In this document: positions 14,320 through 26,285 of the stretch, piece after piece
Layout of the letters: each line of letters starts with the position of its first letter
Numbering within the stretch: the first letter of the stretch is position 1
Assembly: GCF_009834535.1 (NCBI RefSeq)
Contig: NC_045696.1
Span: 94,986,001-95,050,000 of the forward strand
Direction: 5' to 3'
Source: Camelus ferus
Taxonomy: Eukaryota
Length of the DNA stretch: 64,000 nt
The notes under the pieces: generated by a model
The model's database searches: none
Seen by the model: only the letters and a program-made list of their open reading frames with translations
Told to the model about the DNA's origin: nothing
Translations under genes and position numbers: made by a program

Positions 14320-14870
14320 TGCAGGAAAGCAGGTGAAGCCGCTTCTGGAGAACTGGTGTGACTCAGGAGACAAACTGATTATGCAACAAGCGTGACTCAT
14401 TTTTATTTCATGCTACTGAGAGTGGAATCGACAGGCATGCTCAGTCTCCCCATTAAATGAAACCTTCTTCACTAGGACATCTTTATGTCCACCCAAGACT
14501 GTAAACTGTCTCATTTAGCCTGTTGATGGAATCACAGCAACCTCAAACCTCCCAGAACAGGACTCCTAGAGGGAGCGGAGCAACTGTCTCAGGTCCAGCG
14601 ATTTACTGTTGTACATTTACTGTTGTCTGCTTGCTCAGGCATTTCCTTTCACCTGGCAACCTGGTCTCTTTCCAAATTATTTTGTTAAAATTGAGACAGG
14701 GCCCAAACTTCTAAAAACATAGAGGGACAACTGACGGTGAAGAAAGAGTGCAAAGAACCATCAAACAGAAAATCACAGTTGTCCAGGACAAACCTGCCCA
14801 TGTATTTCAGCGCTCCCCAAGGGCAGTGCTGGATTGCAACACTACTTTGTGGGGAGCAGCATGAGTCACC
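14320..14870. promoter_or_regulatory. Candidate enhancer core with AP-1 / C-EBP motifs
   Basis: TGACTCA at 14359-14365 and 14393-14399 flank TTATGCAA (14379-14386). TGAGTCA at 14862-14868. Non-repetitive context. Motif evidence only. Confidence 0.4.
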
Positions 14871-15224
14871 AAGAAAATGTCAACCGATGTTCAAATATTC
14901 CTTTTTGACTAAGACTTGGGAGTGTGTAATAAGTTAATTTAAACTAGAAAGCTTTGTCATTTAAAGGAGGAAGTCAGGCTTCACTCTCAAAAATTAACTT
15001 GGTTGAAATCGTCATTTTCTTAGAAACTGGTATTGAGGTTTCACAAAAAGGAACCTCCCCAAGTGCTCTGAGATAAAGTTTACATCTCCAGGAAGCTGAA
15101 ATGGCCCCTGGTGAAATCTACAGTGCCCGAGTCCCAAACATTTATGTTCAGTATGTGAAAGAATATTTTAAATGACTTTCTCATTCCAATGGACTTAATA
15201 TTGATATTAGAAATAAAAGCAGAT

Positions 15225-15440
15225 AACCCTTATTAAACACTTATTATGTGTCAAGCACCATGTTGATTCCTTACAGCAATGATCTGATTTAATCCCCTGA
15301 CAACCCTAAGAAGTATATATACATTATTATAATCCCCAAAGTTCTGATGGGGAAACTGGTGCTTTCTCTGGCTAGCCCCAGGTCCAGCTGTAGAAAAGGG
15401 GCAGAACTGAATTTGAATTGTGGCCATTTAACTCTAGTGA
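15225..15440 (-). mobile_element. MIR SINE
   Basis: tttaatcccctgacaaccctaagaag...gatggggaaactgg...gggcagaactgaatttgaa is the antisense MIR core. Confidence 0.8.
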
Positions 15441-17152
15441 CAGTGCAAATATTTGAGTCAGGTAGATTTTTTTGTCACTGAATCAGATATGAGTGTGTTT
15501 CCAAAAATAGCTATTATTTTTCAAAAATGTTACTGCACACTCTCTTAAACCCAAATATATTCAGGAAATGTATTTCTGTGGTTGCAGAGTGAAGTTGACT
15601 TTCTTGATTAAAAAAAAGTGCAGGGAATCAAGAAAAGCTACAAGGGAGAAATGGAGAATTTTTAAGGTATGCTTTTAGCTAACAAATCAATCAAGAATGT
15701 GTGGATGATAGAAATATCAAACCTATGAAATTCTATGTATCTTATCAAGTTGCTTCACTGAATAAATGCCATATTAAAACATTAAAACTTGCTAACTGAT
15801 GAAATGAAGAGTCTAAATTAAGAAATGTATGACCTATAGACAAAGACTTCCAGATCAACTATAGGAAAAATACTTTCAGATTTATTAATTCCAAGTGAAT
15901 ATAACACATATATGTAACTATCAATATGCATAGATACTATACCATTTTTAATAAGATATATCAAGGGAAAGAGCCAGTGTTTTAAAGTTCCACTCCAAAA
16001 AGATTCAATTGTTATTAGAAATATCAGGTTGTTTACAAAAATATGTTAAGGCTCTGAAAAGCCATTTAATTTCTTAGGTGTCCTGCAATCTAGTTTCTTC
16101 TGTAACTTTGCTTAGCAAATTTGTATGCAGAGAGATTGCAAAGATATGTCCAATCTAGATCAAGTGATTACGTATCCCCTAATTAGCAGAACCTGAGAAA
16201 TTTTATGAGTTGTAACTTATAAAATATTTTGACTGCTCTGTATAATTGACTACCCCGCGATTGTGCTTTTGAATATCAAAGCCAGAGTAAAATCAGAGAA
16301 AGGATCCAGAATTATCTGAACATTATGTGTTTGTTTAAATTTCAATTAATATAATAGTTGCACACTGATGATTCAGGCGCCTGTTTAGTATGGTATTTTC
16401 AGGAAAATACAGTTACCTTAGCAACTAGCGTATCACATGGGACATGCAGCAGCATGCAGAATGTCTCCAAGTCCAAAGCTTGTCCCTCTGGAGGAGATCA
16501 CATTAGAAAATGGGGGAAAAAATAAACCAATCTCTTCACATAAAGAATTATGTTATTTATCTTCCTGACATGTAGAAGATAATTTACATTTAAATCAGTT
16601 TTTCTTTGCTACAATCCTATCAAAATGGCAACATGTATATTCCATAGATTAAAAAAAGAATAAAGAAACTACATAACTTAAATGTACAAAGTAAATCTTC
16701 TATTGAATTAACTTCTGAACACTACAAACTTAATTCAACTGAATACTCTTTTGAGGGGACTGTTATAGTTAAGATACTTTAAAAAATTTAAGTAATACGT
16801 TATTAACATTAAACACCAAAAAGTAGAATCATTTTTATCCAGGTAGCCGTAACTCCAAAATTGACAAAGACTATAATTTTAAAAGCTTTAGCCTTTACAA
16901 GTCTGAAACAACCTGGGTAAATGTGAAATCTGCACTTGAACTGATTGCTATCTGTCTATCTAATTCAAGGTCTAACTAATTCGAAGAAAAATAAATGCCC
17001 TAAGCCTTTTTTAATCCAATGTGTGTGACAGCCACTGCTTGCCTCCCAAATGCCCGAATTTTTCAGTAACAGCACAAGAAAGATTCCTGCTTTTGCAGAG
17101 TTTATGTTCTAGTTGGGAGAGACATATGAAGGTAAAGAAGGAAGGAAGGAGG

Positions 17153-17548
17153 TGTTGACTGAAATAAATGTGCAGCCTAAAAGTTGAGAGTTATGTTTTA
17201 TTTGGCAGGAGGACTCGAGCCGAGATGACAGCCTCTCAGATCTGAGTCTGAGAGACTGCTCCGAAGAGGCAGGGGAGGAGCTAGGATATTTAGGGACTTA
17301 ACAACAAAGACCAGGTAGTTGGAACAATAAAAGATTACTTGTTATCTAAAGAAAAACAAGCACCTCAAGGTAAAGAATTTAGTGCTTTTCTGCGTATGGG
17401 AGGAAGCAAACATTTGGGCTCATTGAATTCATTCCTTTGACAATCCCCTAGCTATCTAGGGCCAGTATCCTGTCCTTTCTTATTCTGAGTCGGCTCAGAG
17501 TGCACCACTGTGAGTGGCTGCAGAGGCCGGGCTGCAGGCTTGTCTTCA

Positions 17549-17605
<57 letters not shown>

Positions 17606-17673
17606 CAGCTGAGGACTTGATGGTTTCAGCATTCTTTGTTTACTGATACGGTTTGTAGTATTTTTCATTCACA
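17153..17673 (-). mobile_element. ERV1-class solo LTR, 4-bp TSD (GAGG)
   Basis: TG...CA termini. GAGG at 17149-17152 and 17674-17677. AATAAA on the minus strand at 17197-17202 near the 3' end. A 4-bp TSD is typical of class I ERVs. Confidence 0.88.
17550..17602. repeat. Poly-G tract (53 G) inside the LTR
   Basis: Direct count. Confidence 0.9.
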
Positions 17674-17789
17674 GAGGGAAGGAAGGAAGAAAGAAGGAGA
17701 AATAAAGTAAATTATATTGTGGTAACTTCCATGAAGGATATGGAACATGCCTCCCTGTTTCTACCTCTTTCTCTTCTCTTCCCTTCCTA

Positions 17790-20070
17790 GATATTTCAAT
17801 CCTGAAACTGTTAGATTTCAGGTTCAGAGCAAGGAGCAGGAGGGGGATGTAGTCACTGGTGCAGGTTGTCAGAGCCTGAGCGGGGGTGGGAACACCGGCA
17901 GGGGCCGGGCGAGATGGCGGAGATAAGATACAAGGGGATTCATCGTATTAGAAAATGTACTAAGGATAATAGAAGTCTAGTTTCTCACCGTTGGGAAAAG
18001 AAGCTACAAATTCAGAAAATGAGAAAACTAGAATGAATCTTGCTTGCATGATTGGACTGGAAAATGTATAGCTTTGTATACATATGAAGATAAATACGAA
18101 AATAAACACATATATAAAAATGCATATATTTTATAATATACAAAAAACATTTCTAATATACATGATAAACATATTAAATATAAAATTATATGTTAGAGAA
18201 ATATATAAAACTACATTATATGTTTGAGTTCTCCCAGTGGAAGGATCGAGGGAGTATATTATATGACATGTAAAAAATACATGGCATATAAAATGTCTAT
18301 TCCCTGGATCTTTCCACTGAGAGGACTCAAATACCAAAGTCCAATAGCAATGAGTGTACCTAGAGCCCTAGACCTTGAATTCTAAATACTGTTTTCCTCT
18401 AAAAGGAAACAGGGCTCCTTGAAAAGATGGCTGATTCCAGGGCTGGGGCAGGGAATGAGCGAGATGAGCCTGAGACATTTCTGCATACCAGACAGCAGGA
18501 AAACACAGACACAATGAGTGGAAAATGTCACTAGGTAAAGAAGTCAGCTGGGAGAGGCTCCCACTAGCCAACTCCGGGGCAGCTTGAGCATCAAAATCAA
18601 TCATGTAGCAGTGGATTAAACATACTGAATAAAACAGGGAACCATGAAAAAAAATTGGAAATTTTGCAGGGAAAATGATACTTACCGTTTCAGTGCCTCC
18701 CCCCGAGATGCTTACAAAAGGAAATGAATGACTTTATAGAGAAGCCTGGCAGACATCACCCTAATCAAGTGATCACAGTGAATGTTACTTGCATTGGGTG
18801 CAGTCAAACTCATGTGCTACCTGGGAGGAAACAGTGAGAGGGACAGAGCGTCACTTCTGTGATAGACTTGCCAGTGATGCATAACTGAAACTAAGCATGA
18901 GGAAATATCAGGCAAATCCGAATTGAGACACATTCTACAAAATATCTGACCTGTAATGAAAGTCAAGGGAAAAGTGTGGAACTCTTCCAGATTGAAGAGA
19001 CTAAGGACAGCTAAATGCAATGCATGACTTACTTCGCTTAGAATGACATTCTCCAGGAGCATCCATGTTGCTGCAAATGGCGTTATGTTGTCGGTTTTTA
19101 TGGCTGAGTAGTATTCCATTGTATAAATATACCACCTCTTCTTTATCCAGTCACCTGTTGATGGACATTTAGGCTGTTTCCATGTTTTGGCTATTGTAAA
19201 TAGTGCTGCTATGAACATTGGGGTGCAGGTGTCATCCTGAAGTAGGGTTCCTTCTGGATACAGGCCCTGGAGTGGGATTCCTGGGTCATACAGTAAGTCT
19301 ATTCCTAGTCTTTTGAGGAATCTCCACACTGTTTTCAATAGTGGCTGCACCAAACTGCATTCCCACCAGCAGTGTAGGAGGGTTCCCCTTTCTCCACAGC
19401 CTCTCCAGAAAGAGAAAGAAAAATACCATATGAGATCGCTCATATGTGGAATCTAAAAAACAAACAAACAAAAACAAAGCATAAATACAGGACAGAAATA
19501 GACTCATAGACAGAGAATACAGACTTGTGGTTGCCAGGGGGGCGGAGGGTGGGAAGGGATAGACTGGGATTTCAAAATTGTAGAATAGATAAACAAGATT
19601 ATACTGTATAGCACAGGGAAATTTACACAAAACGTTATGGTAACTAACAGAGAAAAAAATGTGACAATGAGTGTGTATATGTCCATGTATGACTGAAAAA
19701 TTGTGCTGAACACTGGAATTTGACACAACATTGTAAAATGATTATAAATCAATAAAAAATGTTAAAAAAAATGCAATGCATGATTTTGAACTGGATTCTT
19801 CTGTTATAAAAGATATTATTGGGACAGTGTGAATAAAACCAAATGATTGAATAGCAGTAGTGTATTAATGTTAGTTTTCTGATTTGTTGGTTGTCTTGCA
19901 GTGACATAGGAGAATATCCATGTTGATAGGAAACAGCCACTAAAATAATAGAGAGTGACTGGGGAATCCTGTCGGCATCTTCTCTCAAGTGGTTCAGGGA
20001 AAAATGTCCTCATACTGTACTTCTACCGTTCCTCTGTGATTGTTTCAGAATAAAGAATAAGTAAAAAACG
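17790..20070 (+). mobile_element. Old L1MC-like 3' UTR, split by a young L1 at 19028-19768
   Basis: ccaatagcaatgag...aggaaacagggctccttg...ggctgattccagggctgggg, gagaagcctggcagacatcaccctaatcaagtgatca and ctaaatgcaatgcatga|ttttgaactggatt are L1MC 3' UTR motifs. Confidence 0.8.
19028..19768 (+). mobile_element. Young L1, 5'-truncated with 5' inversion (19028-19408 inverted, 19405-19768 forward), 15-bp TSD
   Basis: TSD aaatgcaatgcatga at 19013-19027 and 19769-19783. The inverted part encodes an uninterrupted ORF2 C-terminus ([17 protein letters not shown]...[13 protein letters not shown]...ENVILSEVS). The forward part carries the ORF2 end, 3' UTR, AATAAA and A-tail. Confidence 0.95.
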
Positions 20071-20074
20071 TAAT

Positions 20075-20640
20075 ATGGTAGATGCAAACTGCACATGGGC
20101 AACTCCTTTAAACTTGTGTCAGGAAGATATTGTTTGAAAAGATGGCATTTCAAGCTGAGAGCCGAAAAATAAGTGTCAGTCATTCAGAGGTTGGGCTGAA
20201 GAGCATTCCAGGCAGAGGGAGCAGCTGGTGCTGAAGCCCTAGACAACGAGGGAGTCTAGTTAAGTTCCAAGAATAAAAAAGTCAAAGTGTCCAGTATAGC
20301 TGGAGCCTAGCAGGGAAGGGAGACATGATGGGAGGTACATAGTCAGGCTCTCGAGAAGGGCCTCACTGATGAAGATAAGATGCTTGGAGCTTTATTTGAG
20401 ATGCCAAGGAAAATCACCAGAGGATTTTAGCAAGAATGTAATATGAACTCATTCATATTTTCAGAAACCGCTCACCAGAAAAGGGAGACAGGAGTAAATG
20501 TAAAGAGATAAATTAAAGGGCTGTTTGCACTGGGAGTAAAAAAAATGGAGAAAGGTGTTTTATATTTTGGAACTAAAAGTGATCGGATTTATCACCATCA
20601 TTATTGAATGAAGATGCTGAAGGAAAATAAACAGATTAAA
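20075..20640 (-). mobile_element. L2 fragment (continuation of L2 pieces at about 17085-17130 and 17700-17745)
   Basis: gagcattccaggcagagggagcagc, ggaaaatcaccagaggattttagcaagaatgtaatatga. Confidence 0.8.
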
Positions 20641-20789
20641 GAGAGCAGCTTACTATATGCTGGGAAGCCTCTAATCACTTCACATGAATGTATTTACTTA
20701 CTTAATCCTCATAAAAATCCTGTAAGATAAGGACTATTGTGATTATTGTTTGACCCATTTAAAGATGCTGAGTTGAAGAGGGTAAGCGA

Positions 20790-21405
20790 TGACCACAAAG
20801 GTAAAGTGGCATTTTCATCACATCATATCCAGGGTGCATGGTCCCAGCACAATCACTACTGATACTGACCTTCATCACCTGGTTGGGTAATGTCTGTCTT
20901 ACCACCATGAAGTTACTCTTTCCCCTCCTTTCCATACTGTACCTTTTGGAACAAAGTCCCATAAGCAGTCCACAGTAAAGGAGTCGGGGGAGTTATGCTC
21001 CACCCCCTTGAGGATGGAGTATCTATCTAAATTATTTGGAATTGTTCTGCAAGCGAGATTTGTCTCTTATCCTTTATTGTTTATTTACTTATTTATATTA
21101 GTATGAGCTTATGAATACTTATTTTATAGTTTGGGTTATAATCCACTACTACTTCATTTTGTTGCTCAATTTGTTCCCGCTTTAGCTGTTGGGAGCTCTT
21201 TCTGTTGGTTTCCACAGCACTTTGATAAGCACCCATTGAGGAAGGATTTTTTTTTTTTTAAACAGTTCTTACTTCTTGGCACTAAGGGGTCTTCCAGTAT
21301 ATCCCCTTCCCCAGTTGAAGAACTAGTCATTTATCCAAGGACTCCTGGTTTCTTTTATTAAGGGAAAGTATTAGGAGCCAAGATTTGGATGCTAGATGTA
21401 CTCGG
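20790..21405 (-). mobile_element. L1MC-like 3' UTR fragment
   Basis: gaccacaaaggtaaagtggcattttcatcacatcat, gaccttcatcacctggttg, ttttatagtttgggttataatcc and atttatccaaggactcctggtt. Antisense to motifs seen at 18400-18790. Confidence 0.75.
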
Positions 21406-21883
21406 TTCTTGTTCAATTTTTTTTCCAAAATTGTCTTTTTAGATTCTTTGCATTTCTGTAGAAAAAAGTCACCTCTATTTTGATTGGAGTCTTAGGTTTT
21501 AGCTTGAACACTGGGTAAATAATTGTAGCTTTCACTGAAATTGGGAAAATCTAGATGGAGATAGGGAATAAAAAATTCTATTTTGGATGTTTAAAATTGA
21601 ACATCCAGATGTTCTACTCCAGCCCCCATATACCCTCTGAGCTCTCAGGACCAGAAGATGGTTAATGCTTATTGTGAGATCACAGGGGCAACATAGGCAT
21701 CAACTAATTAATTAACTAATTAAAGAGTGGCTTAAAATCTTGGCTGGCATCATCCAAATGCATTAGTTTATCCATTACTGATTTACATTCTTCTTGACAC
21801 AAAGAATTGTACATTTATAACTGCAACTATATCAGTGTGGCTGGACAGAGTCTCAGAAGAAGGGGAAGAATCTAACATTTCTT

Positions 21884-22072
21884 TTTTTTTTTTTTTTCTT
21901 TTTTTCTTTTAATTTTTTTTACTGAGTAATACTCATTTTTCAATGTTGTGTCAAATTCCAGTGTAGAGCACAATTTTTCAGTTATACATGAACATACATA
22001 TATTCATTGTCACATTCTTTTTTCGCTGTGAGCTACCACAAGATCTTGTATATATTTCCCTGTGCTATACAG
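21884..22072 (-). mobile_element. Young L1 3' fragment (189 bp incl. tail), 11-bp TSD
   Basis: TSD taacatttctt at 21873-21883 and 22073-22083. Poly-T head. Body is antisense to 19605-19760. Minus-strand target TT/AAGA. Confidence 0.92.
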
Positions 22073-22079
22073 TAACATT

Positions 22080-22432
22080 TCTTAAGCACCTGTCACATTT
22101 TAGATATTGTTCTTGGTCTTTTATATACAGTATATATGCCAAGACTTACAAACCTTGAAAAATGCCTATTATTCTTTCTAGTTAGCAAATGTAGAGGCAG
22201 AAATCTGAGAGATTACGTTAACTGCTCAAGTCACACAGCAGGAAAGGTGGTGCTGGAATCCAAGGATAGGGTTGCCTGATAAAATGTTGCATAGGATTTA
22301 ACACTAAACAAATTATCTATTGTTTTATCTGAAATTCAGATATAACTGGGCATCCTGTATTTTTATTTGCCAAATCTGGCAGCCCTAACCTAGGACCATC
22401 TGGCCTCAAAAGCTATGTTTCTTCCGTCCCAC
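22080..22432 (-). mobile_element. MIR SINE interrupted by MER53
   Basis: gttaactgctcaagtcacacagcaggaaaggtggtgctggaatccaagga...ccatctggcctcaaaagc. Confidence 0.7.
22267..22387. mobile_element. MER53-like hAT MITE, internally deleted
   Basis: TIRs tagggttgcc...ggcagcccta. Internal ttatctgaaattcagatataactgggcatcctgtattttt. Degenerate 8-bp TSD tccaagga/acctagga. Confidence 0.85.
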
Positions 22433-22522
22433 AGTATAAACACAATACATCAGGAGACACAAGAGAATCTGGAAAATATTTTCCTCCTATATTCTACACT
22501 TTACTTTAGTTGCCATATGTAA

Positions 22523-22546
22523 ATATATATATATATATATATATAT
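22523..22546. repeat. (AT)n microsatellite
   Basis: Direct reading. Confidence 0.95.
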
Positions 22547-23519
22547 GAAAGGGATTTATAGCCCATAGTGGGAAAAGTATATTATAGGTTGTCTGATGAT
22601 AGGGCAGAAATTTTTGTTTTATTTTGCTTTGGGTTTTTTGGTACAGCTACATGAGCCTCTAATAAAATTAACCTTTTGCTTCAATCAACTGTCATCAAAT
22701 TGGAACTTTTTCCAACCCAATAATTCCATTACACATTTAAACTGTTTCACAGCACGTAAAATGCAATCTAAAATATCTGAAAAAAGAAAATACATGGTGT
22801 CTTGTCATATTTGATGCTCCCATCTCTAATTAAAAATACCAGAGCAATAAGACTGGGATTGTTCCTTCCCTGGAAACACAGCATCTTCTTGGTACTAGAA
22901 GAAATAATTGGTACCCTTGCAGTCGATGCTCAGGGTAAAGTTAAGTCTTCATCAGGAGCTTCAAGGCTTTATGACAACATCTCTTCTCTTTTAACCTCAT
23001 ATTTTTAAAAATTATGATTTCTACTGTAACATTTCAGTATCTTTTTATTTCCTACATCCATAAGTTTATGTGCTTCTTACTTTTGTAAATAAACAATGTA
23101 AGTACTTTAAAATTACATTAATGTTTTTATAACCTTGGAGTATGAAAGAGACTAATCAAGATACCAAAGTGAAAATAAAAAACAATGAAGGAGAAAATAG
23201 AGAGATTTGCTATACAAAAATGTAGAACTTCAGTGAAGTTAAATACACATTAACAAAATTTAACCTCAAAAGCCAAATTAGTAAAAATGTTGCATACAGT
23301 AGCCAATAGTTCATTGACTAATTTATTCAAACTATTCAGTGACTGATTTATACAACATTGTGTGTATTATTTTTGCCAACATATTTAAAAATTTTTGTTC
23401 TTTTCATTGTTGCTTACATTTCAATCATTCCATCAGGATTCATATTTCTTGTTCTTGAGCTACATCCTTTATTAACTATTTCAGTAAGGGTCATGGGCAG
23501 TAAATTCTCTTGAAGACTT

Positions 23520-25405
23520 ATCCAAGTTGTGTGCCATGTTAGGAGAAGCTTTGCTTACAGTTTTGGCTAAGCTTTCTAATGGTCAAGGAGTTGGTCAGGA
23601 GGCATTAGGATGGAGTGAAGACTAACTAGAAGAAGCAGCATCCTGGAGAAAGGTAAAGATTTGCACAGCGTGAAGTTGACCCAGATGAACTTGAAGAAAT
23701 GAGAGTAAAAGAGTTTGAGAAGATACCCTTTTGGGAGGGGAAGGTACTCGCAAGAACTGAATGTCCTTTGTGGGGATGGTACCTTTTCCAGAGGGAGATT
23801 ATAGCAGAATAATATGTTGATGCACTAAACCACTGTGTTTTTATCACTAGTGAAACCTGGTTCTTTATCTTCTCACAGCTCCAATAATAACAGTCAGGCT
23901 GAGGTGACGCTATCACAGAGTTGCTTTTATAAGCTATAGAGTTGGGAGGAATGAGGTTGTTGTGTTGAGTTCCCCTAAGACAAGAAGGAGGAAAGATCTC
24001 CTGGAGGAGGAAATAAATTGGGAAACATAGAGTGGGAGAGAAAGGAAGAGTAGGAGGAGAGGAAGAAAGACAGGCTATCAGATTCAAATGTCTGTTCCCC
24101 TGAAATACAGCTGGGGGGATCGCCAAAGCAGAGGTGCTTGTGCCATCTTGCCTTTGGGACGTTGGGACATTCCTGCCTCCCATGTTCCCTGAACTACAGC
24201 CATGTAACAAAATGTAAGTGTTTGAGGCAGAGGGCCTGAGTTTGGGCCCCAGTTTCCTATGGATGTGTGGGGTTTGGGAAAGCTCCTGCAGATGCCACAT
24301 GACTGTGCAAGGTGAAGTAAAAATGGCAAGAGGACCAGGGACCTGAAGAGGCAAATCCAGAAAAGAAACTGGCAAGAGGTGGGACCTTGTGACTGAATCA
24401 AGGGTAGAGTCTACGGGGGCATTAATAGTGGATGTCAGCTGCTTGAAGACCAAGAGGGAGAAGTTATATTAGGGGTGGGTGCAGGAAGGGAGGCTGTATT
24501 AACTATGCATTTCTAACGTTTTGACGTATGGAGCTTTGCTTACCCCAGAGAGACGTATGGGGCTTTGCTTACCCCAGAGAGACTGGAGATACTAAAGGAC
24601 TCCACTGGCCTGCAAGTACGTCTTTCGTATACAAACCAACCAGTCCAAAACCAATACCCCAACCATCTCCTTTATGGAGCTCTTACCATCCAGGCCACTG
24701 TTCCCCTGCCCTTATCACCCCAGGGCCAGGTACCAGAAAACTAGAGACACCTTCTACACCCAGAGCCTGCTGAAATTACTCAAACTTGGCAGTCCTAAGC
24801 CTGCTTACCCTTCCTTGCCAGTGACATTCCCTCCCTCCCACAGAAAGCACAGTCAAGCCTCTTGCCCACTTTTCCCTTGCTCCCTCTGCCACTTGACTGA
24901 GCCTGGTGCTTCCCCACGTGCTCCCTGCTCAGAATGGAGTGTCTCCTCTTCTTGGGACCCTTGAATAACACAGTATCCTCTCAATGACAATCATCTCCTG
25001 ATCTATTGGCTTCACCATACCTGAAAATAATAAAACTTACACTTAAAAGCATCTGATACTCAGAAACCAGTGGAGCCAGACAGCACATCCTTGGGCCAGC
25101 CTGCAGCAGACCTCTCCTTCTAGATATATCCTTCCTCACCCTGGAACATTTGGGGAAGGATGAGGGGCAGAGGAGACTACTTAAGAGGGAAGAAGTTGTC
25201 TTATTTTTGAATTCACATAATATTTACTTGAAGTTACCTCTTAAACCAGAAGTTCATCTGCATTTAATTGAAGATGTTTAACCTCCCCTGACCCATGATA
25301 AATTCACCTTGGCTGTTCAGTGGGCGTGAGGGTTCAAGAGAAATGAGAAGTCAATTAGAGAAAATAACATAATATTCTTGCCTATTTGAGTTGAATTTTC
25401 TACCC
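23520..25405 (+). mobile_element. Possible ancient Gypsy-like LTR (MamGypLTR/LTR85-type), interrupted by MER74
   Basis: Purine-rich body. The 3' end gaagatgtttaa...ggttcaagagaaatgagaagtcaattagagaaaataacataatattcttgcctatttgagtt resembles recalled MamGypLTR termini. The 5' boundary is uncertain. Confidence 0.45.
24495..25051 (+). mobile_element. MER74-like ERVL solo LTR
   Basis: TG...CA ends. gggccaggtaccagaaaactagagaca...ccccagagcctgctgaaattactcaaacttggcagtcctaagcctgcttaccct matches the recalled MER74 core. Confidence 0.75.
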
Positions 25406-25659
25406 AAGTTTAAAATGCCAGCCTTTTAATAATTTCTAAAAGAAATAAGTCCTGTTTATAGGGGCTTATTTATAAAGTAACACATACTCCTCCCAGATAA
25501 TTTGGAATATTTATAATTTGACTCTAAGGAAAACATTTCACCCTCCCATCATTTTGGGGATGCATTCCTCCATGTACACATTTAGTGAGCACTTGCTGTG
25601 CATGTTAACTCAAAGATGTTTTTCATTAAGCAATATTTAAATTCATTAAACAACTTAAG

Positions 25660-26285
25660 ACCGTTAAGAGGTCTTATGACTCATTGCTTAATTGAGCTAA
25701 CCAGTCCCCTGTTATTATTTAGATTGTTTCTACAATTTCCTATTCTATCTAAATAATACTCTGATGGATATCTAGGTACATAAAACTTTGTGTGTGTGCA
25801 TCTTTATAATTTTGAGTGAGATAAATTAATAGGAATGAAAACAACAGAGTTCCATTTTCAAGATCTTTTGATTCTGTGCATGTTTTCATGGCTTTTTATT
25901 CATATTACCAAATTCTTTCCAGCTGGACCAGTGTATATAACTACCAGCAGAGGATTGAAAAGGTCCATGTCTCCCTTCTCTCAAAAACATAAGGGTTTTT
26001 TTTCTAATTTTTATAAAATCTTTGTCAAAGAAAAAAATGGCCTCTTTTAAATTTTTTTTCTTTGAAAACCATTAGGAATGAAAATTTCTCATATGGCAGG
26101 TTAAGCTTTGATTGAAACTATGTACGCAGATACTTTCCTACCTGTGTCAGAAGATTTCCCTCTTGCCTATTGATTGTAAGGATTATTAACTTTACTTGTC
26201 ATGTATGTTGCGGTTTTTCTCCTGACTTCACATCACTTTCTAATTTTGTTTCTAGAGGCTTTCTTTCATTTCTATGTACAAAAAA
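25660..26285 (-). mobile_element. Old L1ME-like fragment
   Basis: taaccagtcccctgttattatttagattgtttct...ataatactctgatggatatct is an antisense L1 ORF2 end / 3' UTR. Confidence 0.65.

Noticed and set aside
18817..19443. 208-aa ORF with clear protein similarity
   Set aside because: It is the L1 ORF2 C-terminus on the inverted arm, fused by chance to flanking repeat sequence. Not a host gene.
22267..22387. miR-1302-type hairpin from MER53
   Set aside because: One arm is largely deleted and the mature-like sequence TTGGGACATACTTAT is not preserved.
23626..24453. Longest ORF (275 aa, minus strand)
   Set aside because: No recognisable domain, starts at TTG, is S/P/L-rich as expected from the antisense of purine-rich DNA, and lies in a probable ancient LTR.
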